NCBI GenBank assembly: GCA_034520945.1
Contig: JAXHNB010000005.1
Location: 256,001 to 320,000 of the forward strand
Length of the DNA stretch: 64,000 nucleotides
Origin: Trueperaceae bacterium
GTDB lineage: Bacteria > Deinococcota > Deinococci > Deinococcales > Trueperaceae
Direction of reading: 5' to 3'
This document shows positions 18,906 through 28,004 of this stretch, piece by piece. Position 1 is the first letter of the stretch; every line of letters begins with the position of its first letter. Under the pieces are notes generated by a model. It ran no database searches. It had not been told where the DNA came from and saw nothing but the letters and a program-made list of their open reading frames with translations. The position numbers and the translations under genes were made by a program.

Positions 18906-20071
18906 ACGACCCGCAGGAGCACGCCACGCAGGGGATGGGCCCCGCGCAGCCGGGAGAGCGCGCCGTGCTGGAGATCGCGGGCCTCACCAAGAGCTACCAG
19001 GACCCCGCCCACCCGGCCTTGGACCGGTTCTCCCTGCGCGTGGAGCGGGGCGAGACGGTGGCGCTCCTGGGTCCCTCAGGGTGTGGCAAGACGACCCTGT
19101 TGCGCCTCATCGCCGGGTTCGAGGCGCCCGACGAGGGCCGGGTCCGTGTGGCGGGACGCGACGTGACCGGCCCCGACGTGTTCGTGCCGCCCGAAGCGCG
19201 ACGCATCGGCTTCGTGTTCCAGGACTACGCGCTGTTTCCGCACCTCGACGTGCTGGGAAACGTCGCCTTCGGGCTGACGGGCCGATCGGCGGCCGAGCGG
19301 CGCGCCCGTGCGCGCGAGGTGCTGGATCTGGTCGGCCTCACGGTGTTCAGCGGCCGCTACCCCGGTCAACTGTCGGGCGGCCAGCAGCAGCGCGTGGCGT
19401 TGGCGCGCGCCCTGGCGCCCGAACCGGAGGTGATCCTGCTGGACGAGCCGTTCAGCAACCTCGATGCCGCGCTGCGGGCGGGCACCCGCGAAGAGGTGCG
19501 GCGCATCCTACGTCGGAGCGGCGCCACCACCATCCTCGTCACGCACGACCAGGAAGAGGCGATGACCTTCTCCGACCGCTTGGCGGTGATGCGGGCAGGT
19601 CGCCTGGAGCAGGAGGGGACGCCCGAGGAGACGTACCTTGCGCCGCGCACCGCGTTCGTGGCGGGCTTCCTGGGCCGCACCAACCTGCTTCGCGGCGAGG
19701 CGCACGGCATCACCGCGGGCACGTGCCTGGGCGAGATCCCCCTCGCCCATGAGGCGAAGGGGCCGGTCCTGGTGTCGTTGCGGCCGGAGGAACTCGATCT
19801 GCGGCCGCGTGGGGACGGCTCGGTCCCCGACACGCCCTCGGAGGGACCGCCGCCGCGGCACGGGTGGGGCATTCCGGTCGTCGTGCGGGCGCGGACGTTT
19901 CAGGGGCACGACCTGCTGTTCCGCTGCGCGCCCGACGAATCGCACCCCGTGGACGACGGCGACGAGGCCTTCCTGGTACGGAGCGGCCCCGGCTCGCCGC
20001 TGCGCGTCGGCGACCGGGCGTACCTGCAGGTCCGTGGCCGGGCCGTTCCGCTGGAGAGCAGCCGATCGTGA
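18902..20071 (+). CDS. ABC transporter ATP-binding protein (FbpC/PotA-like)
   Basis: GPSGCGKTT, FQDYALFPHL, LSGGQQQR, LLDEPFSNLD. GTG overlaps the upstream stop. Confidence 0.88.
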   Translation: MNDPQEHATQGMGPAQPGERAVLEIAGLTKSYQDPAHPALDRFSLRVERGETVALLGPSGCGKTTLLRLIAGFEAPDEGRVRVAGRDVTGPDVFVPPEARRIGFVFQDYALFPHLDVLGNVAFGLTGRSAAERRARAREVLDLVGLTVFSGRYPGQLSGGQQQRVALARALAPEPEVILLDEPFSNLDAALRAGTREEVRRILRRSGATTILVTHDQEEAMTFSDRLAVMRAGRLEQEGTPEETYLAPRTAFVAGFLGRTNLLRGEAHGITAGTCLGEIPLAHEAKGPVLVSLRPEELDLRPRGDGSVPDTPSEGPPPRHGWGIPVVVRARTFQGHDLLFRCAPDESHPVDDGDEAFLVRSGPGSPLRVGDRAYLQVRGRAVPLESSRS

Positions 20072-20074
20072 GCG

Positions 20075-21163
20075 TCACCCGGCCGGCGCCGCCCCGTGCC
20101 CTTCCGTCAACAACTCGGCCAGCCGCGAGCGGCAGCGAGCGAACTTCGCCGCGTAGGCGCCGTGCGCGTAGCTGGCGTCGAACAGCCGGTCCAGCGAGAC
20201 GGGGCCCGAGGTGCGCAGCGCGACGCGGAGGTCGTAGAGCACGTCGATGAAGTGCACCAAGCGCAGCGCCGCCCCCTGGTCCGGCGGCCGCGGCAGGTCG
20301 GTGAGCACGAGCGTGCCGATCTGGCGCAGCAGGCCCCGGTAGCGCAGCGGGTGCAGCCGCGCCAGCGTGCCCAGCAACGTCGCGCCGTCGGCGCGCACCA
20401 CCGGCTTCAGGGGCGCGGCGGCCCCCCCGTCCGGCGGGCGTCGGCCGGCGTGCCCGTTGCGCCGCGCGTCCGGCCCGTCGATGCGCACCACCTCGAACGC
20501 CGCGGCGATGCCGTGGATCTGGCGCCGGAAGTCGTTTGCGGCGAAGCGCCCCTGGCCCTGCGCATCCGGCGGCGTGTTCGACGTGGTCACCACGTGCGTG
20601 CCCGCCGCCAGGACGTCGCCCAGGAACGACGCGATGATCAGGGTGTTGCCCGGATCGTCCAGCTCGAACTCGTCGATGCACAACACGCGCGTGCCGGCGC
20701 ACCAGGCGAGGCCGCCGGCACGCCCACGCACCCCCACCAGGTGCACCAACTCCTGAAAGGTCAGGTAGCGCTTGGCCTCGGGCCCGACCGGCGCCGCGCG
20801 CCAGGCCGCGGCCAGGAGATGGGTCTTGCCGACGCCGAACCCCCCGTCCAGGTACAGGCCGCGACCGGTCCGTGCCGGACGGCCCCACGGTGGCCGCCAC
20901 CAGGGGCGCCGCGGCGGCGCGCCGGCGGCGCGCACGAACGTCGACACGCGCTCACGGGCGGCCTCCTGACCGGGGGTGCGGGGCCGGTACGAGGCCAAGG
21001 TGGCCGCGGCGAAGCGCGGCGGCGGCACCCACCCCTCCGGCACCGAGGACGCCGGCGGAGGGGGCGCGAGGTCCCGCAGGTCCAGCACCCGCGTCCCGGC
21101 GCCCAGGCGACCCGTCGCGGCGCCGGCGGGCGGCGTGGCGGGGGTTCGTGGCGGCCTCGGCAC
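20075..21163 (-). CDS. zapE: ZapE/AFG1-family ATPase
   Basis: GLYLDGGFGVGKTHL, LCIDEFELDDPG, VTTSNT, LVHFIDVLYD, RCRSRL. Confidence 0.88.
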   Translation of the reverse strand: MPRPPRTPATPPAGAATGRLGAGTRVLDLRDLAPPPPASSVPEGWVPPPRFAAATLASYRPRTPGQEAARERVSTFVRAAGAPPRRPWWRPPWGRPARTGRGLYLDGGFGVGKTHLLAAAWRAAPVGPEAKRYLTFQELVHLVGVRGRAGGLAWCAGTRVLCIDEFELDDPGNTLIIASFLGDVLAAGTHVVTTSNTPPDAQGQGRFAANDFRRQIHGIAAAFEVVRIDGPDARRNGHAGRRPPDGGAAAPLKPVVRADGATLLGTLARLHPLRYRGLLRQIGTLVLTDLPRPPDQGAALRLVHFIDVLYDLRVALRTSGPVSLDRLFDASYAHGAYAAKFARCRSRLAELLTEGHGAAPAG

Positions 21164-21186
21164 GGCGGGAGGCTATCACGGGGCCG

Positions 21187-21215
21187 TTGACGGCGCCCGC
21201 CGCGCGGCGTACCAT
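21187..21215 (+). promoter_or_regulatory. Sigma70-type promoter for the riboswitch-btu transcript
   Basis: TTGACG (21187-21192), 17 nt, TACCAT (21210-21215). Confidence 0.7.
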
Positions 21216-21221
21216 TCCAGC

Positions 21222-21330
21222 ACCCCCGTGGACCGGGGAAGTCCGGTGAGAGTCCGGCGCTGTCCCGCAACGGTATGCGCATTGCACGAACCCGCATGTG
21301 CGAGCCCGAATACCGGTCCAGAGGAGATGT
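21222..21330 (+). ncRNA. Cobalamin riboswitch
   Basis: GGGAAGTCCGGTGAGAGTCCGGCGCTGTCCCGCAACGGT core, B12-box-like GAGCCCGAATACC, closing helix TGGACCGG/CCGGTCCA. Lies upstream of btuFCD. Boundaries approximate. Confidence 0.9.
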
Positions 21331-21443
21331 CGGCACCCCTTGCGAGGACGAGGACGGGCCGCCCCGGCGACCGAGAACCGCGCTCGCCCCGGCATCCCAC
21401 CCGTGTTCATCGTCGTTCGCAAGAGCCCGAGGAGGCTTTTGTG

Positions 21444-22367
21444 ATGCGTTCCATCCTGACGAATCCGCTTGGCGCGCGGGCGCGGCGTGACACTCGCGCC
21501 GTTCTCGCCGCCGCGCTCACGGCGCTCCTGGCGTCGCTCGCGCTGGCGCCGGCCCAGGTCGCCGTCGAGGACGATCTCGGCCGCGAGGTGCGCTTGGTGG
21601 ACCCGGCCCAGCGCGTCGTGACCATGATCCCCACGCACACCGAGACCGTGTGCGCCCTGGACGCCTGCGATCTGCTCGTGGGGCGCGACACCTTCAGCAA
21701 TCATCCGCCCAGCGTCACCGAGCTTCCCGACCTGGGCAGCGCCTTCTCGCCCGACCTCGAAGCGCTGGTGGCGCTGGAACCGGACCTGGTGCTGACCGAC
21801 GAGTACAGCGGGATGGCGTCGTCACTGGACGACGTAAGCGTCCCCGCCTACGCCGGCACCGCGCAGACCCTCGAGGACGTCTGGCGCACCACCCGGCAGG
21901 TCGGCACCCTGTTGGGACGCGACGAGGAAGCGGCCGACCTGATCACAGCGGCGCAGGCGCGCGTGGCGGCGTTGACGGCGCGCGTGGAGGGCCGACCCGG
22001 GCCGAGCGTGTTCGTGGAGCTGGACGCCACGCCGTACAGCGTGGGCGAGACCTCGTACCTGGGGCGGCTGTTGACGCTCGCCGGCGGCGACAACGTCGTG
22101 CCCGCGGAGCTCGGCGAGTTCCCGCAGGTCGACCCGGAGCTGGTGATCGAGGCCGACCCCGAGGTCATCCTGCTGGCCGACGCCCCGCACGGTGAGAGCG
22201 CCGACACGGTCGCCGACCGCCCCGGTTGGGGCCAGCTCCGGGCCGTCCGCGAGGGCCGCGTGATCGAACTGACCCAGGCGCAGGTCGACCTGCTGACGCG
22301 GGCGGGACCCCGCCTGCCCGACGCCCTCGCGCTGCTCATCGAGCTCCTCCACCCGGACCTCGACTAG
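21444..22367 (+). CDS. btuF: Cobalamin ABC transporter substrate-binding protein
   Basis: Signal peptide, DDLGREV...QRVVT..P..TE, LEALVALEPDLVL, RAGPRL. Downstream of the B12 riboswitch. Confidence 0.85.
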   Translation: MRSILTNPLGARARRDTRAVLAAALTALLASLALAPAQVAVEDDLGREVRLVDPAQRVVTMIPTHTETVCALDACDLLVGRDTFSNHPPSVTELPDLGSAFSPDLEALVALEPDLVLTDEYSGMASSLDDVSVPAYAGTAQTLEDVWRTTRQVGTLLGRDEEAADLITAAQARVAALTARVEGRPGPSVFVELDATPYSVGETSYLGRLLTLAGGDNVVPAELGEFPQVDPELVIEADPEVILLADAPHGESADTVADRPGWGQLRAVREGRVIELTQAQVDLLTRAGPRLPDALALLIELLHPDLD

Positions 22368-23414
22368 GTGGCGCGCGCCGCGCGGGCTCCACGCGCCGGG
22401 CCGGCGGCCGCGCGCCGCGCCGGCCCGGTCGCGCTGTCGCTGCTTGCGTTGGCTGCCGTACTGGTGGTGTCGGTGACCGTCGGATCGGTGGCGGTGACGC
22501 CGGACCGTGTCTGGGGTGCGCTGATGCGCGGGATGGCCGGGGAGCTGGCCGGCCCGGCCGACGTGATCGTGTGGTCGGTCCGACTGCCGCGCGCCCTGCT
22601 GGCCGCCGGCGTCGGCGCCGCCCTCGGCCTGGCGGGCACGGCCTACCAAGCGGTGTTCCGGAACCCGCTGGCGGACCCCTACCTGCTGGGGGCGGCGTCC
22701 GGCGCGGGCTTCGGCGCGGCGCTGGTGATGGTGTACGGCGGCGTCGTCCCGGTGCTGGCGCAGCTGGGCGTGGGGCCGGTCGCGTTCGCGTTCGCGCTGG
22801 CGGCCGTGACGGTCGTGGTCGTGCTGGCCAGGCGCGGCGGGCACCTCCCCGTCACCTCGCTCATTCTCGCGGGCGTGGTGGTCGGGTCCAGCCTGTCGGC
22901 AGGGACCAGCTTCGTGATGCTCGCGGCCCGTGAACGCTCGACCGGCGTCCTGTCGTGGTTGCTGGGCAGCTTCGCGTTCGCGGGCTGGGACGACGTGAGC
23001 CGCGTCCTGCCCGCAGTGGCGGTCGCCGTGCTCCTCGGCGTGGCGGGGCGCCGGGCGTTCGATTTGCTGCAACTCGGGGACGCCTCGGCACGGCAACTCG
23101 GCCTACGGGTCGAGGCGTTCAAGGCGACGGTGATCGCCCTCGCCACCGTCCTCACCGCCGTCGCGGTGGCGGCGTGCGGCGTGATCGGGTTCGTCGGGCT
23201 GATCACGCCACACGCCGTCCGCCTGGCGCTCGGGCCCGGCCACGCCACGCTGGTACCGCTGGCCGCCGTGTGGGGCGCCACCTTCCTGATGGCGGCCGAC
23301 CTGCTGGCCCGCACCGCCATCGCGCCGGCCGAGATCCCCGTCGGCGTGGTGACGGCCCTCGCCGGCGGTCCGTTCTTCCTCTACCTGTTGCGCCGGGGCG
23401 GCGGTGCGACGTGA
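22368..23414 (+). CDS. btuC: Cobalamin ABC transporter permease (FecCD family)
   Basis: VRLPRALLA, FRNPLADPYLLG, GVIGFVGLITPH, EIPVGVVTALAGGPFF. Confidence 0.85.
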   Translation: MARAARAPRAGPAAARRAGPVALSLLALAAVLVVSVTVGSVAVTPDRVWGALMRGMAGELAGPADVIVWSVRLPRALLAAGVGAALGLAGTAYQAVFRNPLADPYLLGAASGAGFGAALVMVYGGVVPVLAQLGVGPVAFAFALAAVTVVVVLARRGGHLPVTSLILAGVVVGSSLSAGTSFVMLAARERSTGVLSWLLGSFAFAGWDDVSRVLPAVAVAVLLGVAGRRAFDLLQLGDASARQLGLRVEAFKATVIALATVLTAVAVAACGVIGFVGLITPHAVRLALGPGHATLVPLAAVWGATFLMAADLLARTAIAPAEIPVGVVTALAGGPFFLYLLRRGGGAT

Positions 23415-24169
23415 GCCTACGGGCCGAGGGCCTCCATTTCGCGTACCCGGGCGGCCCGGCCGTGCTGCGGGGGGTAGACGCCGAGGTGGGCCGGGGCGAA
23501 CTGGTGGGCCTGGTGGGCCCCAACGGGACCGGCAAGTCGACGTTGGTGGCGGTACTGGCCGGGCAGGCGCGCCCCGGGGCGGGCGGCGTCACCTTGGACG
23601 GCCGCCCGCTGGGGCGCCTCCGCCGCCGCACCCTGGCGCGCCGCGTGGCGCTGGTGCCGCAACGACCGGAACTCCCCGAAGGGTTCGTCGCACGCGACAT
23701 CGTCCGCATGGGGCGCGCCCCGCACCTCGGCTTTCTGTCCTCCGAGCGTTCCCATGATCGCGACGTCGTCGAAGCGGCCATGCGTCGGACCGACACCTGG
23801 CGGCTGCGCGAGGCGCGCGTCGGCACGCTGTCCGGCGGCGAACGCCAGCGGGTGGTGCTGGCCCGCGGGTTGGCCCAAGAGCCGGACTGGCTCCTGATGG
23901 ACGAGCCCACCACCCACCTGGATCTGCGCTTCCAGGCGGAGCTGATGCGGCACGCCGCCGACCTCGCGTCGGCCGGCCTCGGGGTGTTCGCGGTGCTGCA
24001 CGACCTGAACCTCGCGGCCCGCTGCGACCGCGTGCTGCTGCTGGCCGGGGGGCGCATCGTCGCCTCGGGCCCGCCGGGCGAGGTGTTCGACGCGACGCTG
24101 CTCGCCTCGGTGTTCGGCACGCCCGTTCGCGTGCTGCCGGGGGTCCGGCCGGTGGTCCTGGCGGAGTGA
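23411..24169 (+). CDS. btuD: Cobalamin ABC transporter ATP-binding protein
   Basis: GPNGTGKST, MGRAPH, LSGGERQR, DEPTTHLD, VLHDLNLA. Confidence 0.85.
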   Translation: MSLRAEGLHFAYPGGPAVLRGVDAEVGRGELVGLVGPNGTGKSTLVAVLAGQARPGAGGVTLDGRPLGRLRRRTLARRVALVPQRPELPEGFVARDIVRMGRAPHLGFLSSERSHDRDVVEAAMRRTDTWRLREARVGTLSGGERQRVVLARGLAQEPDWLLMDEPTTHLDLRFQAELMRHAADLASAGLGVFAVLHDLNLAARCDRVLLLAGGRIVASGPPGEVFDATLLASVFGTPVRVLPGVRPVVLAE

Positions 24170-24189
24170 CCCGGGCCGTGACCCGGGCG

Positions 24190-25368
24190 TCAGCGCCGCC
24201 GGCGTCGGCCGCGGCTCCGGGGCAGGGCGTCCGCGTCGGGATCGAACAGGCTCTGCACTCGGGTCGCCAGGCGGTAGTAGGCGACCAGCGCCTCCGTCGC
24301 GGCGCGCCAGCCGTACGGCTCCATGTCCTGGCGCGCCTGGCGGCCGAGCCGCAATCGGAGCACGTCGTCGGTCAGGAGGCGCCGAAGCTGCTCGGTCAGT
24401 TCCCCCAGGTCGCCGGGGGTGAACATCAGGCCGTTCTCGCCGTGCCGAATCACGTCCGGAATCCCGCCCGCCCGCGCCCCGACGGCCGGCACGCCGGACG
24501 CCATCGCCTCCATCGCCACGAAGCCGAGCGTCTCCGTGTCGGACGGGAAGGCGAACACGTCGGCGCTGGCGTAGGCCGCGGCCAGCTCCTCGCCCGCCAG
24601 GTAGCCCGTGAACACCGTCCGGGTTCCTTCGAACCGGCGGCGAAGCTCCTCCTCGGCCGGCCCCGAGCCCACGAACGCCAGGCGCACGTTCGGGAGCCGC
24701 GTCACCGGCGCGTACAGCCAGTCCAGGCGCTTCTCGAAGGAGAGGCGGCCCACGTAGAGCATCAACGGGTCGTCCGGGTGGCCGTCCGTCAACCGCGCGC
24801 GCATTGCCGGGTCGTAGCGGTTGGGGTGGTACAGCTCGGTGTCGACCGCCTTCGGCCACAGGCGCACTCGCTGGATGCCCAGGCCTCGCGCCGAGTTGAC
24901 CATCGGCCGGCTGGTGCACAGGTTGACGTGCGCCTGGTTGTGCACGTCGCGCAGGAACGTCTCGGAGATGGACCCGAGGAAGTTCAGGCGCAGGTGCTTG
25001 GCGTACTGCGTGATGTCGGTGTGGTAGCTGGCCAGGAGCGGCAGGTTGCGCTGCCGCGCGACCATCGTGCCCCATAGCCCCAGGATGACCGGGTTCACCA
25101 CGTGCACCACGTGGGGGCGGAAGGTGTCGAGCTCGCGGCCGATGCGGGGCCGCGGCAGACCGAGGAACAGTTCGGGGTACCAGGGCCGGAACGGCACGCT
25201 GGGGACCCGGACCACCGGGTAGCCGACCGCCTCCGCGGGGGGGCGGCCCGGCGCGAAGATCACCACCTCGTGCCCCAGCTCGCGCAGGCGTTCCAGCGTG
25301 CGCACCACGCGGGTGACGACGCCGTCGACCTTCGGCAGGAACGTTTCGGTGAAGAGCGCGATGCGCAC
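24190..25368 (-). CDS. sqdX: GT4 glycosyltransferase, sulfoquinovosyldiacylglycerol synthase (SqdX-like)
   Basis: N-terminus MRIALFTETFLPKVDGVVTR as in cyanobacterial SqdX, ASYHT, YVGRLS.EK, FPSDTETLGFV..EAMASG. Directly downstream of sqdB. Confidence 0.82.
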   Translation of the reverse strand: MRIALFTETFLPKVDGVVTRVVRTLERLRELGHEVVIFAPGRPPAEAVGYPVVRVPSVPFRPWYPELFLGLPRPRIGRELDTFRPHVVHVVNPVILGLWGTMVARQRNLPLLASYHTDITQYAKHLRLNFLGSISETFLRDVHNQAHVNLCTSRPMVNSARGLGIQRVRLWPKAVDTELYHPNRYDPAMRARLTDGHPDDPLMLYVGRLSFEKRLDWLYAPVTRLPNVRLAFVGSGPAEEELRRRFEGTRTVFTGYLAGEELAAAYASADVFAFPSDTETLGFVAMEAMASGVPAVGARAGGIPDVIRHGENGLMFTPGDLGELTEQLRRLLTDDVLRLRLGRQARQDMEPYGWRAATEALVAYYRLATRVQSLFDPDADALPRSRGRRRRR

Positions 25369-25389
25369 GGCGGCGAAGGAGCGCGTTCC

Positions 25390-26603
25390 TCAGCGACCGT
25401 TGCCGGTGGGGGTGGGCGTGGGGGGCACGCCCGGCTTCTGGCGTTTGGTCCAGGTGCTGGTGGCGGGGATCTTGCTCGTGTCGGCGCGGTGGGCGTATTC
25501 GCGGGCGATGTCGGTGACCTCGGCGAGGAGGCCTTCTTGGAGGGTGGTGGGGTCGAGGCCCATGTCGAGGAAGAGGTCGTTTCTGACGTGGAGGTCGTTC
25601 TCTGCGTCTTCGTTGCGGGGGTTGTCGGTGTAGGCCACCTCGGCGCCGGCGATGTTGGCGACGAGTTCGGCGAGGTCGCGGATGCGGTGGGTTTCGGTCA
25701 TTTGGTTGAGGATCTTGACGCGTTCGCCGGGGTCGGGGGGGTTTTCGAGGGCGAGTTGGATGCAGCGGACGGTGTCGCGGATGTGGATGAAGGCTCTGGT
25801 TTGGCCGCCGGTGCCGTGGACGGTGAGGGGGTAGTGCGCGGCGGCTTGCATCAGGAAGCGGTTGAGGACGGTGCCGTAGTCGCCGTCGTAGTCGAAGCGG
25901 TTGATGAGGCGTTCGTCCTGGTCGCACTCCGGGGTGTGGGTGCCCCAGACGATGCCTTGGTGGAGGTCGGTGATGCGGAGGCGGTCGTTCTTGGCGTAGT
26001 AGGCGAAGAACAGTTGGTCTTGGGTTTTGGTCATGTGGTAGATGCTGCCGGGGTTGGGGGGTAGAGGATCTCTTGTTGGACTTTGCTGCCGTCGTCGGTG
26101 GTGACTTCGACGGGGAGGTAGCCTTCGGGGATTTTCATGCCGGCGGTGCCGTAGCCGTAGACGCCCATGGTGCCGAGGTGGGCGAGGTGCACGTCGAGGC
26201 CGCTCTCTACGATGGCGGCGAGGACGTTGTGGGTGGCGTTGAGGTTGTTGTCGACGGTGTAGCGCTTGTGGGCGCTGCTTTTCATGGAGTAGGGGGCGGC
26301 GCGTTGTTCGGCGAAGTGGACGATGGCGTCGGGTTTCTCGTCCTGGATCAACGTGAGCAGGCGGTGGTAGTTCTTGGCGACGTCGAGGCGTTCGAAGCGG
26401 ATCTCGCGTCCGCTGACCTCGCGCCAGGCCTGCAGTCGGGTGCCCATGTATTGGATGGGGGTGAGGCTGGTGGCTTCGAGTTCGTTGTCGATGTTGCGCC
26501 TCGAGAGGTTGTCGATGATGGTCACGTCGTGGCCGAGGTTGCTGAGGTGCAGGCTGGTGGGCCAGCCGCAGAAGCCGTCGCCGCCGAGGATGAAGATCTT
26601 CAT
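25390..26603 (-). pseudogene. sqdB: UDP-sulfoquinovose synthase, split by a single-base frameshift at about 26056-26061 (real, or a sequencing error)
   Basis: 5' frame: MKIFILGGDGFCGWP, HFAEQRAAPYSMK, HLGTMGVYG, IPEGYL. 3' frame: NPGSIYHMTK, ITDLHQGIVWG, RFDYDGDYGTVLNRF, GTGGQTRAFIHI. The two frames join at a C6 tract. Confidence 0.9.
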
Positions 26604-26706
26604 GTCCGGTCCTCCGAACGCGGGAAATGGCCGAGCAAGACACGCCTCGCCCAGCCTGTGTGCGTGCCGGGAGTCTAGCATCGGCGCCCGCGGGGCCGCC
26701 GGACCG

Positions 26707-27912
26707 TCACGCACGCGGGCGGAACCGGCGCAGCCACGTCCGCCACTTGCGGGCCAGCAGCCTGCGCCGGTACGCCTGCGCCCCCGCCCGCCACTCGCCG
26801 CTGGCCAGCAGGGACCACAGCACCACCACCGAAATGAAGAACGGATGGAGGAGTGACCACCCCACGAGCGCAGGCCGCAGCAGGTCCTCGCGTCCCAGTT
26901 GACGCGCCCCGATGGACATCCCGACCAGCTGCATCGCCACTTCGGCGCCCCACACGCCCGCCACCCAAGGCACCAAAGCGGGAATCCACGGCGTCAGCAC
27001 GATGCTGGACGACAGCACCACGCTGTGCGCGCCCAATACGGCGATCCCCGCGAAGAACGCCGGATGGTAGTGCACAACGTGGTGGTAGCGCGACACCCAG
27101 CGCCGACGCTGCCGAAGCAGGGCGCCCCACGAACGCGCCGGTTTGGTCAGCACGCGCGTCTCGGGCAGGCTCGCGAACGCCATGCGGCTACGCGGCAGCC
27201 GGCCCAGCCGCTGCGCCAGCAGGTCCTCGTCGCCGCTGGGCGCCCGCCCCGGCGCGCCGAACCCGCCGGCGGCGTCGAAGGCCGCGCGCCGGTAGGCCTG
27301 GTTGTTGGCGCTGGACGCGAACTTGAACCCAAGGCGCGTTAAGGAGCGCGACGTCAGCATCAACGACAACCAGTCGATGGTCTCGAACAGGTGCAACCAG
27401 CGCGAGGCCTGGTTCTTGCGCGTCGTTTCGACGTACCCGACCACCATGACTACGCCCGGCGCGAAGTGGGCGACCATGCGTTCCAGCCACCCCGCTGGGT
27501 AGCGGCAGTCGGCATCGCTGGTCACCACGATCTCGCCGCTGGAGGCGCGGATGCCGTGGTCTACCGCGTTTACCTTGGGTGACAGTCGGGTGCTGGGCGC
27601 GCGGACCTGGACCAGGCGCACGCGCGCGTCCCGGGCCGCCGCCCGCCGTACGACCTCGGCCGTCGTGTCTTCCGAGCGGTCGTCGACGATCACGAACTCG
27701 GCCTGGCCCGGATACGTCTGCGCGCTGAGCGACGCCAGCGTGTCCGGCAGGTCCCGCTCTTCGTTGTGCGCAGGGATCACGACCGACACGGATGGGCGCG
27801 CAGCCACCTGCGGTTCGCGGCCACGCAGGAACATGCCTGCCGCCACCAGCCCCATGGACGACAGGTAGATCACGGCCAGCAGGCACAACGAGACGACGTG
27901 GACTTCGAACAC
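26707..27912 (-). CDS. GT2 family membrane glycosyltransferase
   Basis: VSVVIPAHNEE, VDDRSED, SDADC, SGDEDLL, QRRRW, flanking TM helices. Confidence 0.88.
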   Translation of the reverse strand: MFEVHVVSLCLLAVIYLSSMGLVAAGMFLRGREPQVAARPSVSVVIPAHNEERDLPDTLASLSAQTYPGQAEFVIVDDRSEDTTAEVVRRAAARDARVRLVQVRAPSTRLSPKVNAVDHGIRASSGEIVVTSDADCRYPAGWLERMVAHFAPGVVMVVGYVETTRKNQASRWLHLFETIDWLSLMLTSRSLTRLGFKFASSANNQAYRRAAFDAAGGFGAPGRAPSGDEDLLAQRLGRLPRSRMAFASLPETRVLTKPARSWGALLRQRRRWVSRYHHVVHYHPAFFAGIAVLGAHSVVLSSSIVLTPWIPALVPWVAGVWGAEVAMQLVGMSIGARQLGREDLLRPALVGWSLLHPFFISVVVLWSLLASGEWRAGAQAYRRRLLARKWRTWLRRFRPRA

Positions 27913-28004
27913 AGGGGAAGCCCTCCAGGGGCGTTCCAGAGCGTAGCACGCGCCGGCGAACGCGCTCTACGCGCGGGCCCAGACCGCTGCGGTAGCGTCG
28001 CGCC

